Shown piece by piece: positions 34,723-37,105 of a DNA stretch of 37,105 nt (positions are counted from its first letter, which is position 1; the number at the start of each line of letters is the position of its first letter). The stretch is from a virus (lineage: Duplodnaviria; Caudoviricetes). The stretch spans positions 1-37,105 of the IMG/VR virus record IMGVR_UViG_3300033076_000347. One strand, 5' to 3'. A program made the translations under genes and the position numbers. The notes below the pieces were generated by a model. That model saw only the letters and a list, made by a program, of their open reading frames with translations, was not told where the DNA came from and did not search any database.

Positions 34723-36135
34723 TTACGCACCGTAACGGAACAAGAAGAAGTTATTAGCTCCTAATGTACAAACGCAACGCTCAGACAAGAAGTTAACCTC
34801 CATTGCATCAAGATCGCTTGTAGCAGCACCTCCGGCAGAACCTGTGATCCAAGTTTTGAAACGACGATTCTCTGTTTCAGAAGCGCGGTAACGAACGTGC
34901 AAGAATGGACGCTTAGCGTTCTTACCCATTACTTGATCATACACAGTGGTTGATCCGGCAGGAACCAACATACCTGTGATGGTTGAAGAAGCAGCGCCTG
35001 ATGTATTCAAATCACCACGCATTGTGGGATCATTCAAATACTTCCAATCAGACTTGTAGAAGTCATAACCACGACGGAAACCGCTGAAACCTAAGTTCAA
35101 TGCCATCTCAACATCATTGTCAAACAATCCGAAAGAAGCGGCATTAGCAGCACCTGAAGCGCTGTAACCGTTCAAGGTTGCCAACATGTTATCGATAGCG
35201 AAACTGAAGTCACGGTTAACGAAGATTACGTTCTCTTCGATAGCGCCTTGCTTGTCCAAACGGCCAACGATAGTGTCCCATTCTGCCAATGTAGTTGGAT
35301 TACCACCGCCCCATACGTTACCACGGTTGCCAACAACGTAGAATACCCCTTCAGAACCTTTCAATCCTGTAGAAGAAGCGTTGGTTGTGTTTGCCATTGG
35401 AACAGCCTCGATCATTGAAGTCTCAATGTAGTCTTCAAAACGAAGGCGAGTCTCGTGCTCAGACTTCAAGTACCACAAATAACCGGTAGCACCGTTCTCT
35501 GTAGTTACTTCAACCCAACCGATCTGAGCCATGTCAGAACCGTTAACAGCATACTTATCCTTAAGGATAATTGGGCTGTTAGAGAAGATTGAATCTTCAG
35601 CTTCCAAAGAACCTTGCATTCCGTTGGTTCCTTTCTTGAACTCAGAACCGTAAATGAATACAGTAAATGTAGCTCCTGAACCTGCAGATGTTTGACCACC
35701 TACCTCATAGTAAGCTACAGTGAAAGTAAGACCTGAAACACCTGTTACAACTGCCTTGTTGCTTCCACCTGTTGTGTTTTGCTGAATGTAAACAGTCTGA
35801 CCAATACGGATAGCAGATGTAGCAACACCTGAATCAGTGATTGTGAAAGTTGCTGTATTAGCATTAGCGGCTGCGGAAGTAGTACAAGCTTTGTACTTGA
35901 TATGCAAACGACCTTGTTCTGCCCATTTGATTTGGTCAGAGGTAGAAGGCATCTCAGCACCTACCATTCTCAAGAATGATGATACTGTACGGTTACCGTA
36001 ACGCTCGAATTCCTTCTCGTAAGTATCAGGAAGATACTGATTCAAGAAGTCAAAGTTGGTGATGTAGTTTGTCTCCAAAGCTACGCGCTCAGCAGCGGGC
36101 TGAAGAGCAAATGTTGGGCTTGATAAAATAGCCAT
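34723..36135 (-). CDS. major capsid protein
   Basis: 470 aa; QYLPD.YEKEFERYGNRT, IKWAEQGRLH, YGSEFKKGT, GSDMAQIGWVEV, LGFSGFRRG.DFYK; codon usage typical of a highly expressed gene; follows a scaffold-like gene and precedes a strong terminator. Confidence 0.85.
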   Translation of the reverse strand: MAILSSPTFALQPAAERVALETNYITNFDFLNQYLPDTYEKEFERYGNRTVSSFLRMVGAEMPSTSDQIKWAEQGRLHIKYKACTTSAAANANTATFTITDSGVATSAIRIGQTVYIQQNTTGGSNKAVVTGVSGLTFTVAYYEVGGQTSAGSGATFTVFIYGSEFKKGTNGMQGSLEAEDSIFSNSPIILKDKYAVNGSDMAQIGWVEVTTENGATGYLWYLKSEHETRLRFEDYIETSMIEAVPMANTTNASSTGLKGSEGVFYVVGNRGNVWGGGNPTTLAEWDTIVGRLDKQGAIEENVIFVNRDFSFAIDNMLATLNGYSASGAANAASFGLFDNDVEMALNLGFSGFRRGYDFYKSDWKYLNDPTMRGDLNTSGAASSTITGMLVPAGSTTVYDQVMGKNAKRPFLHVRYRASETENRRFKTWITGSAGGAATSDLDAMEVNFLSERCVCTLGANNFFLFRYGA

Positions 36136-36154
36136 GTTTTTTAGTTTTTAGTTT

Positions 36155-37105
36155 TTATATTCTTTTTGCGCTGCGAATTTTTAATCCCCTTCCGGATTCA
36201 GGATTCACTGCTTTAACCTGAAAAGAATCTGTCCTTGTCACCTCAGGAGCTCTTCGCTCAGACATGTTGACGTTTTTAATTTTACGTGCAACATCATCAG
36301 TAGCTGAAGCCAACCCTTGTTCATAAAAGAACTTGGCGAACTTGTCCGGATTCATAGCAATTGATAGAGCCTTGTGATATCCAACTGCGTCTTTGATCAT
36401 TCCATTCTCATCCAAGAACTTCTGAATGAAATTCTGTGGAGTTGATTGGTTTCTCTTCAACTCAGCCGCATCTCCCGGAGAGAATGTAATTTTTCTGTCA
36501 TTAACATCGAACTCAAAACCTTTGAACTCATTGCTAAAAACTTCATTCGTCTTTTGGTCAAACCATTGACGCTTACGATTCGACTCCTCTTCGAGCGTTT
36601 TCGCTTGCTGTATATATTGTTTGTAAGCATTGAACTCTTCTTTCTCCTGATCAGAGATGGATGCCGATCTTGACTCAAGTGGCACCTTGTATTTCTCCTT
36701 TTGGTCATTGAAGAATTTCTTTGCTTCCGCAACAATTTTCTTTTTTGCAATCTTTACTTTCTTGATGGTAGACTCATCATCCATGTCTTCGTCATAACTG
36801 TAGTCAGACATAAGAACATCAATGTCATCTTCATCAAGGCCTTCTTGAGTTGTTCTCAAGTAGTTTCTTAAAAGACTGTCAGGATTCATGGAATCTACAT
36901 CCTCCTTAAGTTTTAAGAAGTCTTCAAATCCACGTCCCGTTTCTTTGCGATACTTCATATAAGCGGCGACATCCTCAGGTATTTCCTCAGATTCGTTTCG
37001 CTCAGCCATCAATTCATCAAATGAGTTGATTTGCTTATTGTATCTTTTTCCAATATATGAAAGAACGTCTTCTTCTTTTAATTCCTCACTTAATCCCTCA
37101 CTTAA
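36155..37105 (-). CDS. putative capsid scaffolding protein (5'-truncated)
   Basis: Frame stays open to the window end (LSEGLSEELKEEDVLSYIGKRYNKQINSFDELMAER...); acidic helical protein directly upstream of the major capsid gene. Confidence 0.7.
   Translation of the reverse strand, partial: LSEGLSEELKEEDVLSYIGKRYNKQINSFDELMAERNESEEIPEDVAAYMKYRKETGRGFEDFLKLKEDVDSMNPDSLLRNYLRTTQEGLDEDDIDVLMSDYSYDEDMDDESTIKKVKIAKKKIVAEAKKFFNDQKEKYKVPLESRSASISDQEKEEFNAYKQYIQQAKTLEEESNRKRQWFDQKTNEVFSNEFKGFEFDVNDRKITFSPGDAAELKRNQSTPQNFIQKFLDENGMIKDAVGYHKALSIAMNPDKFAKFFYEQGLASATDDVARKIKNVNMSERRAPEVTRTDSFQVKAVNPESGRGLKIRSAKRI

Noticed and set aside
11763-36750. Many 60-120 aa ORFs nested in or antisense to the structural genes
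   Set aside because: They lie within long, clearly coding ORFs, lack motifs, and are expected by chance.
37084-37105. Short tandem CCTCACTTAA repeat at the window end
   Set aside because: Only two 10-bp copies in a low-complexity acidic coding region, truncated by the edge; not interpretable.
1-37105. Stop-codon reassignment (alternative genetic code)
   Set aside because: Genes are full length and tightly packed under the standard code, and TAG, TGA and TAA all act as stops.

Overview
A 37 kb segment of a tailed dsDNA phage, most likely a podovirus-like phage of Bacteroidota (TAnnTTTG -7 promoter motifs, BT4734/VirE-N primase-helicase, crAss/Flavobacteria-phage-like structural gene order). 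The + strand (1-11.5 kb) carries accessory and replication genes. The - strand (11.5-37.1 kb) carries the virion module: scaffold, major capsid, ring/tail proteins, GNAT, ejected proteins and a 3310-aa polyvalent protein. The most unusual part is the ~950-bp non-coding region 250-1200. It holds four copies of an almost invariant tRNA scaffold (acceptor stem, Leu-like D arm, T arm with a compensatory base-pair change) whose anticodon/variable region is replaced by different structured inserts of 62, 46, 23 and 107 nt. A multi-helix RNA precedes the array, and likely anti-defence sponge genes follow it (Acb2/Tad1-hairpin-like protein, RyR-Tad2/DUF2829 fusion). Other points of interest: a T4 gene-32-like pseudoknot upstream of the SSB-like gene, a mini-gene array with duplicated constant blocks and shared GGAGG junctions, and an LPD23/zincin/ART module inside the giant virion protein. 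All family assignments are from motif recognition by eye; no searches were run.
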